DNA from: Macrostomum lignano
Taxonomy: Eukaryota
Length of the DNA: 64,000 nt
Reading direction: 5' to 3'
Assembly (NCBI GenBank): GCA_002269645.1
Contig: NIVC01001561.1
Span: 204,370-268,369 of the forward strand
The notes below the pieces were generated by a model. It worked only from the letters and a program-made list of their open reading frames with translations, made no database searches and was not told where the DNA came from. This document shows positions 54,231 through 64,000 of the stretch, piece by piece (the first letter of the stretch is position 1; each line of letters starts with the position of its first letter). Both the position numbers and the translations under genes were made by a program.

Positions 54231-57200
54231 CTGAAGGACGTCGGGAGGGGATGTGAACAAGAAATTGGCACTAGACACTTCTGAGTCCCTTGCGATTTCA
54301 AGTTCTTTTTGAAGGTCAATTTGAATAGACTGCGGGACATCAGTTAGTAGGTTCACATTAGTGGGTATCACTTACGGAGTCAATATAGTCTACAATAAGC
54401 TCCGGGGAGCTGTTTGCGCCAGACTGATTGCAGCCAGTAGACAGGCTTTCTCTGCAATATTAGATTATGAAAATGTTCATATAAATAACGAATACCTGTC
54501 AGTGGAAAATCTGGGATTTAAAAAATCGTTAGGAAAATCTCAGATTGGAAAATATCAGGGTCGGGAATCCCAGGTTGGGAAATCTCAGAGTGGGGAATCC
54601 CAGATTGGGAAATCTCAGGCTGAAGAAATCCCAGATTTGGAAATATCGGGGTGAGGAATTTCAGATTGGAAAACTCCATGGTGGGGAATTTCAGATTGGA
54701 AAACTCCATGGTGAGGAGTCCCAGATTGAGAAGCCTCAAGGTGGGGAATCCCAGATTTGGAATATCAGGGTTGGGAATCCCAGATTGGGAAATCTCAGGG
54801 TGAAGAAATCCCAGATTTGGAAATATCAGGGTGGGGAATTTCAGATTGGAAAACTCCTGGGTGGGGAATTTCAGATTGGAAAACTCCTGGGTGGGGAATT
54901 TCAGATTGGAAAACTCCATGGTGAGGAGTCCCAGATTGAGAAGCCTCAAGGTGGGGAATCCCAGATTTGGAATATCAGGGTGGGGAATCCCAGATTGGGA
55001 AACTTCTGGATGGGGAAATCTCAAGGTGGGGAATTCCAGATTTGGAAGAATCTCAGCCAAAAACTCACTCTGCTTAGCATCGTCCAGCAGCGGTTGCAAC
55101 AGCAGGCAGAGACACTTCTGGCCGGCCAAGGGTCCCACGGTAGCCTTAGCGGCAGTGCAGAGCACAATTTCGCAGGGCTTCAGCAGCAGCTCTAGCCGAG
55201 CAGCCAACTGAACCGCCAGCTGATCCTCGCCCGACTGCCGAAGAATGTCCAACGTTTTGCCGGCTAGTTTAACAAACAGAGGCGAACCGCTTAATAGTAG
55301 GGCTTTTAGACACCAGGCCAGAAAAGCGGCGGAACGTTCACTGTTGCTATTGGCAACCAGGGTGTTAACATCCGAGAGTACAATTTGCTCTACAGGCGAC
55401 ATAGATGGATCTGAAAGATTAAACCAATAATTTTGAACAGCCGCAGCTATGGGACTCCGAACCTGTGCTTCTGCCGCAGTTTATAGCTGTCACTCACCCC
55501 GACCGTAATCCAGGCACTTGTTGATCAGCGACGCGTACAGTTGAAGGGCGAATTCGGATCCGTCGGAAGCGTAGCGAGATGCCAGGCTTGGTAAAAGTGC
55601 GACCGAGTGACGCCTGGCCGTCTGAAAGGTGGAAGCTTCACTTGATATCGATTTCAGCTGAGTGAGGAGTGGGAAATCCTAAACCTGAGAATTGGGGGAA
55701 TCCTAAACCTGAGAGTTGGGGAAATCCTAAACCTGAGAATTGGGGAATCCTAAACCTGAGAATTAGGGGGAATCCTAAACCTGAGAATTAGGGGGAATCC
55801 TAAACCTGAGAATTAGGGGAATCCTAAACCTGAGAATTGGGGGAATCCTAAACCTAAGGAGTGGGGAAATCCTAAACCTGAGAATTGGGGAAATCCTAAA
55901 CCTGAGAATTGGGGAAATCCTAAACCTGAGAATTAGGGGAATCCTAAACCTGAGAATTGGGGGAATACTAAACCTGAGGACTGGGGAATCCTAAACCTGA
56001 GGAGTAGGGAATCCTAAACCTTAGAATTAGGGAATCCTAAATCTGAGAATAGGGAAAATCCTAAACCTGAGGACTGGGGAATCCTAAACCTGGGGAGTAG
56101 GGAATCCTAAACCTTAGAATTAGGGAATCCTAAATCTGAGAATAGGGAAAATCCTAAACCTGAGGACTGGGGAATCCTAAACCTGGGGAGTAGGGAATCC
56201 TAAACCTTAGAATTAGGGAATCCTAAATCTGAGAATAGGGAAAATCCTAAACCTGAGGACTGGGCAATCCTAAACCTGGGGAGTAGGGAATCCTAAATCT
56301 TAGAATTAGGGAATCCTAAATCTGAGAATAGGGAAAATCCTAAACCTGAGGAGTGGGGAATTCTAAACCTGAGGAGTGGGGAATCCTAAACCTGGGGAGT
56401 GGGGAATCCTAAACCTGGGGAGTGGGGAATCCTAAACCTGGGGAGTGGGGAATCCTAAACCTGAGAATTAGGGAATCCTAAACCTGAGAATTAGGGGAAA
56501 TCCTAAACCTGAGAATTAGGGGAATCCTAAACCTGAGAATTAGGGGGAATCCTAAACCTGATAATTGGGAAATTCCTAAACCTGAGGAGTGGAGAATCCT
56601 AGCAATGACAGCAACATACCTCCGGTGTTAAATTGAAAAGCAGTGCGCAGTGCAGACGGCGGAAGTCGGCCTCCGTAGCCTGCTGAGCGGTCCAGTCCAC
56701 CGCCGACTTGACGGATGTCGACTCGTCTCTGTAAGAATGTCGAATGCCATTTTGCTATTGTGCTGAAATATTTTCTGTGCCTCAGTCGGTCAGTCAGTCA
56801 GTCATCCGCATCCCAGAATCAGATCAAAGCAACAAGAACCCTAGCACAACACACGAAGGCACCATCGCTGCTCACCCAGCCGTGAGCGCTCTCGCAAAAG
56901 CTTGCACGCAGCCAAACGCAGCGTTGGCCAAGTCGCCACCAGCTTCGTAGTGACGAAATGCGGCCAAGAACTGCTGAAACTGACTGGTCCAGATGCCAAC
57001 AACGAATTCGCGCGCACGGCCGTTGGTTGAAGCCATGGAGGTCTCGGTTGCCAGGCACAGAGCATCTAGACGAGACTTGATTGCTGCGTGTAAGAGGGCA
57101 AAGTACACTGTGAGACTTGGTGTAACAGTAGTATGTAGAAGATAGCGGGTGCTGGCATAACTTATTGTGAGCTTCTTGAAATGTGTATCGAAAAAATAAA

Positions 57201-60200
57201 ATTGCTGTTGCTGACATGAATCGTAATATATTCTTCAGCTGAGTAAGGAGTCAGGAATCCCGCACCGATACAGCTGAGTGATTAATGGGAATCCCGCACC
57301 GATACAGTTGAGTGATGAATGAAAATCCCGCACCGATACAGCTGAGTGATGAATGGGAATCCCGCACCGATACAGCTGAGTGATGAATGGGAATCCCGCA
57401 CCGATACAGCTGAGTGATGAATGAAAATCCCACACCGATACAGTTGAGTGATAAATGGGAATCCCGCACCGATACAGCTGAGTGATGAATGGAAACCCCG
57501 CACCGATACAGTTGAGTGATGAATGGGGAATCCTGTATCAAATACAGCTGAGTGAGGGGTGGGGAATCCCGTACCAAATACAGCTGAGTGAGGGGTGGGG
57601 AATCCCGTACCAAATACAGCTGAGTGAGGGGTGGGGAATCCCGTACCAAATACAGCTGAGTGAGGGGTGGGGAATCCCGTACCAATACAACTGAGCGAGT
57701 GGGGAATCCCGTACCAATACAGCTGAGTGAGGAATGGGGAATCCCGTACCAAATACAGCTGAGTGAGGGGTGGGGAATCCCGTATCAATACAGCTGAGCG
57801 AGTGGGAATCCCGTACCAAATACAGCTGAGTGAGGGGTGGGGAATCCCGTACCAATACAGCTGAGCGAGTGGGGAATCCCGTACCAAATACAGCTGAGTG
57901 AGGGGTGGGGAATCCCGTACCAATACAGCTGAGTGAGGAATGGGGAATCCCGTACCAAATACAGCTAAGTGAGGAGTGGGGAATCCCGCACCGATACAGC
58001 TGAGTGATGAATGGAAACCCCGCACCGATACAGTTGAGTGATGAATGGGGAATCCTGTACCAAATACAGCTAAGTGAGGAGTGGGGAATCCAGTACCAAT
58101 AAAGCTGAGGATTGGGTGATCTATTCTACTTTTCCTTTCAATCTTCAAATTTAAAAGTAATCTCACTGGGAGCAGCTTCCGCTGTCGAGCCAGCCTCCAG
58201 ACAGAGCCTCATCAACAGCCCAAGCAGAGGCTCGCTAATTGACTCAGGAAGGTCGCACAATTCGCCAAGCAGCAGCAGACAGTCGGCGCGGACGCCAAAA
58301 TCCGAGTGCTCTGTACAGAGATAATTGAATAATAAAAGTGATACATATTATTAAAAGTAATTATTTTTATTAATGCTACTCAGAGTAGGCTAATTTACAC
58401 TGCCTATTTTTGCTGCTATCGAGAAGCTGTGAAGATGGAGAACTCGTGAAGATTGTGGATTAAAGAAGATTAGGGATTAGTGAACATTAGGGATTAGTAA
58501 AGATTATGGATAAGTGAAGATTATGGATTAGTGAAGATTAGGGATTTGTGTCGATTAGATGATTCTTAAAGAAAGAGGTTTAAGATTTGAGGAAAGATAG
58601 TAGTTGTAACAAGCAAAGGACACACGAAACTCACCTGTAGCCAATGGGAGCATTCCCTTATTGATGAGGCTGGCTGCCTCGTCAGCATTAGTAGCAGCCA
58701 GGCGACGCGCGTAGTCGCGCACAATCGGCCTGATTGGCTGGCCCGGCAGCCTCTGCCGTTGCTGCCCCGATCGGCCGCCGCCCAATTCGGCCAGCAGGTG
58801 TTCGGCAAAGCCGGCCCGCTGCTCGTCGCTAGCCAGACCGGGCTCCGAGCACAGGCGGCCCATAGTTGCTAGGCAGGCTAAGCGCAGCCGCTCTGAATCT
58901 GGGGTAGCGGATTCGGCAGCCGCGGCTGTAGCCAAGCCGTACAGAGCGGCGCAGATAGACTCAAGCTCGCCGGACAGGTAGGCTTTGAGTTCGACTGAGA
59001 CGGACGTCGGCGAATAGGACGACAGGGAGGCGGTCAACAACCGTCGGAGAATGTCGAGAAGGCCGCATTTGGACGCGGACTGCGGAGCGGAGGTCGGGTT
59101 CGAAGTATTACGCCAGCGGGAATCAGTCAAAAAATTAAATAATCATACTTTCTTACATCTTTCCGATCGGCCAGGCCAGCCAGAATGTCCGGCAAGATGC
59201 CAGTCACCAATTGGCGCCTAGTCGTGGCGTCGGCAACGCCAACAGCAGATTCCAAGGCTCGGCCAGTGGCTTCCATCACGTTCGGGTCGAGTTCGCGTAG
59301 ATTGGGCCGGCACTCTAGAAAAAAAGGTGGAGTTGATTCGCTTCTATAAATAGCAACACGCCCGCCAGAGAACAATGTACATTGAATCAGCGCGGAGGAT
59401 AATGTACAGAGCGGCGTAACCCCGGAATGAGACCGGCTGGGCAATAAAAATGGGGTTAAGCCGAGAGCCCAAAACAATGTACATTCGTATGTACATAGAA
59501 GAAGATCGATAAAAATAGGGTGGATCACAGATAAAGCGCCGTTTACTCTTTAAATATATTTTATTCTGTTTAAATTTCTACTGAACTGATAGAAACTAAT
59601 TCTACTTCACGGCGAACGTTCGAAGGTTACGAAGGATCGGGACTGTCGTCTGTAGGATCGGGACTGTAAGCTGTGGAATTGGGATTGTCAGCTGTGGAAT
59701 TGGGACTGTCAGCTGTGGAATCGGGACTGTCGTCTGTAGGGTCGGGACTGTCAGCTGTGGCATCGGGACTTTCAGCTGTGGAATCGGGACTGTCAGTTGT
59801 GGAATCGGGACTTTCACCTGTGGAATCGGGATTGTCAGTTGTGGAATCGGGACTTTCAGTTGTGGAATCGGGACTGTCAGCTGTGGGATCGGGACTGTCA
59901 GTTGTGGAATCGGGACTGTCAGCTGTGGGATCGGGACTGTCCCAGCGCCACCTGGCTGCAAAGTGCCCGTTCATCAATAGTAAGTGCTACGCATGCTCGA
60001 AAACCGGACACATCGCTGCTGCGTGCAAGGCAGCGCCGCCTGCTCAGCGGGACGAGAGATCGGCGGGGCCGCAGCGAGCTTCTAATCGTCGCGTCGACTC
60101 GACCGTCCAAGAGCTGCAGGCGGAGGAGGCAGATGAGGAGGCTTTCTCGCTGCACGTGATGGCCGCCGCCGTAGGCGGCAAGATTCCGCCAATTAAGACC

Positions 60201-63200
60201 ACCATCGACATCGACGGCACGCCAGTCTGGATGGAGGTCGATACTGGGGAGTCTGTGTCACTCATCTCTGCGAAGACCTACAACGAAGTACAACGAGGGC
60301 GTCCCAGACTCGAGCGAGTCAACACGCAGCTGCGGACGTACTCCGGAGAGCTGGTGCCCGTTCTCGGCCAACTTCGAGTTCCGATACTCCCAGCTCGAGA
60401 AGGAGGCGCTCGCGGTCATCTACGGAGTTCAGAAATTTCACATGTACCTGTTCGGGCGAGACTTCAAGCTGGTGAGCGACCACAAGCCGCTGCTCGGTCT
60501 GCTGCACCAGTCCAAGCCGATACCAGCACTGGCTTCTGGCAGAATCCAGCGGTGGGCGCTGCTCCTGGCCGGCTACCAGTACTCCATGGTCCACCGAGCG
60601 GGCAAGTCGCTGCTTCGAGCCGATGCGCTGAGTCGGCTGCCGCTGCCGGAGAAGCCGAAGGAAGCGCCAACTTCAGCTGAAGTCGTCCTACTCATGGACT
60701 TCCTGGACGAGGGACCGGTGACGGCTCGGCACATCCGGACGTGGACTCGGACAGACCCGGACTTGTCCCGAGTTCTGCGTTTCACTGAGACCGGCTGCTG
60801 GCCAGAGCGGCCGCCGCCTGAGTTGCAGCCGTACTGCACGCGAGCCGACCAGCTGAGCACCCAAGACGGCTGTCTGCTCTGGGGCTGCCGAGTCGTAGTT
60901 CCCGAGGCCGGTCGAGAGGCGCTGCTGCAGTGCCTGCACCAGGGGCACCAGGGCACCACGAGAATGAAGGCGCTGGCTCGAAGCGTTTTCTGGTGGCCCA
61001 AGCTGGACGAGGCGATCGAGCGGCTGGTCGCCGCGTGCACCGAGTGCCAGGAGATGCAGAAGTCGCCAGGTCCGTTTCCACTGCAGCCGTGGGCGTGGCC
61101 GGACAAGCCGTGGTCACGCCTGCACATTGACTATGCCGGGCCAGTCCAGGGCCGGATGTTGCTGGTTGTCGTGGACGCTCACTCCAAGTGGATGGACGTG
61201 CATGTGATGCCTTCGACGTCGTCGACTGCGACTATCGAGAAGCTGCGGTCGAGCTTTGCAACTCACGGTCTGCCGGACGTGATCGTCTCCGACAACGGTC
61301 CGAACCTGGTCAGCGCGGAGATGGAGACATTCCTGAGCAAGAACGGCATCCGGCACGTGCGCACGGCTCCGTACCACCCGGCGTCCAACGGCCAAGCAGA
61401 GCGAGCAGTTCAGACTCTGAAGCGTGCGCTGGCCAAGCAGCGAAGCGGCTCTCTGGAGGAGCGAGTCTCCCGTTCCTGCTGACGTACCGAGTCACGCCGC
61501 ATGCGACTACCGGGACGGCTCCCTGCGAGCTGCTGATGGGGCGGAGGCTGAAATCGTTGCTCGACCGAGTCCGCCCTGACCTGCCCGCCCGGGTGGCCGT
61601 CCAGCAGGCACTGCAGAAGGAGCAGCACGATGCCCACGCGCACGACCGCCGCATTAATGTCGGCGACTCGGTGCTGGCGCGAGACTTCGCGAGAGACGGA
61701 CGCTGGAGACCGGCGACAGTCACGGACAGTTCTGGTGCGGCCGACTTCACGTGCCGGTTCGATGACGGCAGAGACGCACACAGGCACGTGGACCAGGTGC
61801 GCAAGCCGGCCGCGGTCAGTCAGCTTCCGACCAAGCCGGCGGTACCAGCGGCAGCGGTGCCGCAGTGCGATGCGGTGCCGAAGGACGCATCCGAAGTTTT
61901 TGCTGACGGCGTTGCTACTGAGGCTGCGGCGGAGCCTGACGCCATGCCGCAGCTTCGCCGTTCGATGAGGAAGTGCGCTGTACCTGAGCGACTGACTTAC
62001 AGCTGAAGTAACTGTTGTTGATGAACTCGATTATGGTACCTTAGTTGTGTTGCTCGCTTCAATATATTTTTTAAATTATTACTAATAGTGTTAATTTTTG
62101 TTAATCTTACTTTCATACTTAAGTGCGAAGGGATGTGATGACTTGATATTGAGAGTTTGCATTTGCGGTTTTGGGTTGGCCTGCGCTGGGGGGGGGTTGG
62201 GGGCACGCTCAAGTTGCCTTTTAATTTATCGATTGTAATGTACGCACGTACTTTGTGCATGCCTAATATTAAAATATATATATCGACTGATTCTGGCTTT
62301 TGAGCCCTCGTGTTTTTGTTATCGTCCGCCAAATATTGCAATAGTTGAGTCTGTTAAAGGACTGTCAGCTGTGGGATCGGGACTGTCAGCTGTGGAATCG
62401 GGACTGTCAGCTGTGGAGTCGGGACTGTCAGTTGTGGAATCGGGACTGTCAGCTGTGGAATCGGGACTGTCAGCTGTGGAATCGGGACTGTCAGCTGTGG
62501 AATCGGGACTGTCAGTTGTGGAATCGGGACTGTCAGCTGTGGAATCGGGACTGTCAGCTGTGGAATCGGGACTGTCAGCTGTGGAATCGGGACTGTCAGC
62601 TGTGGAATCGGGACTGTCAGCTGTGGAATCGGGACTGTCAGTTGTGGGATCGGGACTTTAAGCTGTGGGATCGGGACTGTCAGCTGTGCCGTGTGGATGT
62701 CAGACATGGAATAAAGATTGTCACGGGCTTATATAGCATCCGAAAATGAGTACAGAGTATTTTAACTTGAGCAGTACTTTAATTTTAAGCCGAGAAATCC
62801 ACCCTTAAGCAATAGGCGGAAGAACTCCTCGCGGCCAGATTCTGCATCGTCGCCGGCGTCGCAATCCGACGGGCAATTCTGGCGACAACTTCGGCAAACG
62901 CTGTCAGTGCGACGCGTCGTTCCTCGTCGGACACGGCGGAGCGGAACATCGCCCGACGAAATGCGGCCAACAGCTGCTGGCCGTAGCCCAGCAGCACCGC
63001 GGCCGGATAGACCGGAGCGGCTCTGCGCAACAAATTGAATGACTCGAGCCTGGCGGAGCGCAGATCCGAGGCCAGCTTCTCAAGCAGCAGTGGCACCATA
63101 AATTCACCGAATATTGGCGTGGATGATAAACAGCGGCTGTGCAATTCGACCAGCTGGTCGCGGGTGACGCTTCCGCTAGCGCTCTGGGAATTGCGTTTTT

Positions 63201-64000
63201 CAGAAGTTTCTGGCATCAGGACAATTTTCTAGCTGCGAGCATCCGGCCATCTTAACAACTCCCGCGGGTATCTTGGCATCCGAACAATTCCCCGCGAGTA
63301 TCTTGGCATCCGAACCCCTTGAGCATCCTGGCATCTGAACAATTTCCAGTGAGCATTCTGGCATCTGAACAATTTCCAGTGAGCATTCTGGCATCTGAAC
63401 AATTCCCCGTGAGCATTCTGGCATCTGAACAATTTCCAGTGAGCATTCTGGCATCTGAACAATTCCCCGTGAGCATTCTGGCATCTGAACAATTCCCCGT
63501 GAGCATTCTGGCATCTGAACAATTCCCCGTGAGCATTCTGGCATCTGAACAATTCCCCGTGAGCATTCTGGCATCTGAACAATTCCCCGTGAGCATCCTA
63601 GCATCTGAACAATTTCCCGTGAGCATTCTGGCATCTAAACAATTTCCGTGAGCATTCTGGCATCTGAACAATTCCGTGAGCATTCTGGCATCTGAACAAT
63701 TTCCCGTGAGCATCCTGGCATCTGAAAAATTCCCTTGAGCCTAGGCAATTGAGGAGCAAATTGATCTTTTAGTAGTTATTTTATAAAAATCTACGTCATT
63801 CTATTTATAATGAGGGACGATTACTCCAATTCTAACTTGCTGAATATCATGAATATTTGCAGAGAAGTGTAAGAGACTAGAATAGCACAGAAATAATAAT
63901 AACACAGACAACTATTGCTCAAGTAATTAATCAACCTACAGGCTTGAAATCGACAGGAAAATAGCAGGCGATAACTTCGAACATGTCCTCGCTAAACCTG
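53862..64000 (-). CDS. MMS19: MMS19 (cytosolic Fe-S assembly targeting factor, HEAT repeats), 5'-partial; two apparent 1-nt frameshifts
   Basis: Exons (minus strand) 63940-64000+, 62803-63183, 59157-59314, 58635-59079, 58167-58310, 56876-57107, 56620-56728, 55498-55621, 55069-55410, 54376-54451, 53862-54230. Motifs FEVIACYFPVDF, STPIFGEFMVPLLLEKL, WCLKALLL and C-terminal LLPHKPDVV..L...LNDPKRLARSDAAQARNAWFL match MMS19. Confidence 0.92.
54376..54451 (-). CDS. MMS19: MMS19 exon (frameshifted by 1 nt as assembled)
   Basis: KACLLAAISLAQTAP / ELIVDYIDS; ttgcag| and |gtaagt; 76 nt where the flanking phases require 77. Confidence 0.8.
54530..55050. repeat. 30-bp minisatellite with gggaatcccagattgg core (MMS19 intron)
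   Basis: cagattgg at 54541, 54571, 54601; 210-bp higher-order duplication. Confidence 0.92.
55069..55410 (-). CDS. MMS19: MMS19 exon
   Basis: AFLAWCLKALLLSGSPL...LLDDAKQ; tttcag| and |gtgagt. Confidence 0.88.
55498..55621 (-). CDS. MMS19: MMS19 exon
   Basis: TARRHSVALL...QLYASLINKC; phases fit. Confidence 0.85.
55665..56600. repeat. 23-25-bp minisatellite GGGGAATCCTAAACCTGAGAATT (MMS19 intron)
   Basis: Tandem units with about 72-bp higher-order blocks. Confidence 0.95.
56620..56728 (-). CDS. MMS19: MMS19 exon
   Basis: DESTSVKSAVDW...LLFNLTPE; ttacag| and |gtatgt; phases fit. Confidence 0.8.
56876..57107 (-). CDS. MMS19: MMS19 exon
   Basis: YFALLHAAIKSRL...ARALTAG; phases fit. Confidence 0.82.
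57245..58110. repeat. 34/36-bp minisatellite gggaatcccg(c/t)acc..atacagctgagtga (MMS19 intron)
   Basis: Two unit types in X-Y-X blocks. Confidence 0.94.
58167..58310 (-). CDS. MMS19: MMS19 exon
   Basis: HSDFGVRADCLLLLGELC...; gtacag| and |gtgaga. Confidence 0.82.
58448..58548. repeat. Short degenerate 17-bp array (gaagattagggattagt)
   Basis: About 6 loose units in a 324-bp intron. Confidence 0.7.
58635..59079 (-). CDS. MMS19: MMS19 exon
   Basis: SASKCGLLDILRRLL...LRLACLATMGRLC...MLPLAT. Confidence 0.85.
59157..59314 (-). CDS. MMS19: MMS19 exon
   Basis: ECRPNLRELDPNVM...ILPDIL, similar to vertebrate DCRHHLCEPDMKLV. Confidence 0.87.
59635..59940. repeat. 21-bp minisatellite GGAATCGGGACTGTCAGCTGT, left of the gypsy element
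   Basis: Tandem units. Confidence 0.95.
59941..60380 (+). pseudogene. Gag C-terminus plus aspartic protease fragment of the gypsy element
   Basis: Zinc knuckle and DTG motif in ORF 59673..60680; begins abruptly at the minisatellite edge. Confidence 0.88.
60381..62006 (+). pseudogene. RNase H C-half plus integrase of the gypsy element (1-nt frameshift near 61473)
   Basis: ORFs 60442..61482 and 61188..62006 join as ERVSR-FLLTYRVTPHATTG if 1 nt is restored. Confidence 0.9.
62134..62340 (+). mobile_element. Candidate 3' LTR of the gypsy element
   Basis: Purine tract gcgaaggga followed by TGTGATG; internal ATTAAA (about 62267); ends ...ATTGCA. No 5' LTR is available to confirm the boundaries. 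Confidence 0.45.
62358..62690. repeat. Same 21-bp minisatellite, right of the gypsy element
   Basis: Tandem units, more homogeneous than the left arm. Confidence 0.95.
62803..63183 (-). CDS. MMS19: MMS19 exon (frameshifted by 1 nt as assembled)
   Basis: VTRDQL...LSSTPIFGEFMVPLLLEKLASD; 381 nt where the flanking phases require 382. Confidence 0.88.
63205..63740. repeat. 30-bp minisatellite GAGCATTCTGGCATCTGAACAATTCCCCGT (MMS19 intron)
   Basis: About 17 units. Confidence 0.95.
63940..64000 (-). CDS. MMS19: MMS19 exon, partial at window edge
   Basis: RFSEDMFEVIACYFPVDFKP|gtaggt. Confidence 0.88.

Larger units (their letters stand above)
59941..62340 (+). mobile_element. Ty3/gypsy (Mag-like) LTR retrotransposon derivative, 5'-truncated and RT-deleted, antisense in an MMS19 intron
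   Basis: Gag CCHC knuckle CYACSKTGHIAAAC; protease EVDTGESVSLIS; RNase H YSQLEKEALAV...SDHKPL; integrase HHCC and D-D-E (HIDYAGP, VSDNGP, SNGQAERAVQTLK); C-terminal LRRSMRKCAVPERL; stop at 62006. Confidence 0.93.

Overview
Eukaryotic (spliceosomal GT-AG introns), repeat-dense animal genomic DNA. GC-rich codons and minisatellite-filled introns are reminiscent of the flatworm Macrostomum lignano, but the species assignment is an inference. Three genes can be reconstructed exon by exon. (1) Cyclin C (+, 11844-14041, 2 exons, 280 aa). (2) Protein kinase D (+, 21175-52320, 13 coding exons, about 802 aa, frame intact, C1a-C1b-PH-kinase). (3) MMS19 (-, 53862 to beyond 64000, 11 exons visible, 5' end outside the window, two apparent 1-nt frameshifts). 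An MMS19 intron holds a 5'-truncated, RT-deleted Ty3/gypsy element embedded in a 21-bp minisatellite. A PKD intron holds a 6.1-kb element with 16-bp subterminal inverted repeats, embedded in a (GACA)n tract and carrying a higher-order satellite. Every intron over about 600 bp carries its own tandem array(s), and introns under about 270 bp carry none. The first 11.8 kb is AT-rich with two local duplications and strongly over-represented palindromic octamers. Most long ORFs in the supplied track are artefacts of tandem repeats. No rRNA, intact tRNA or CRISPR array was found.
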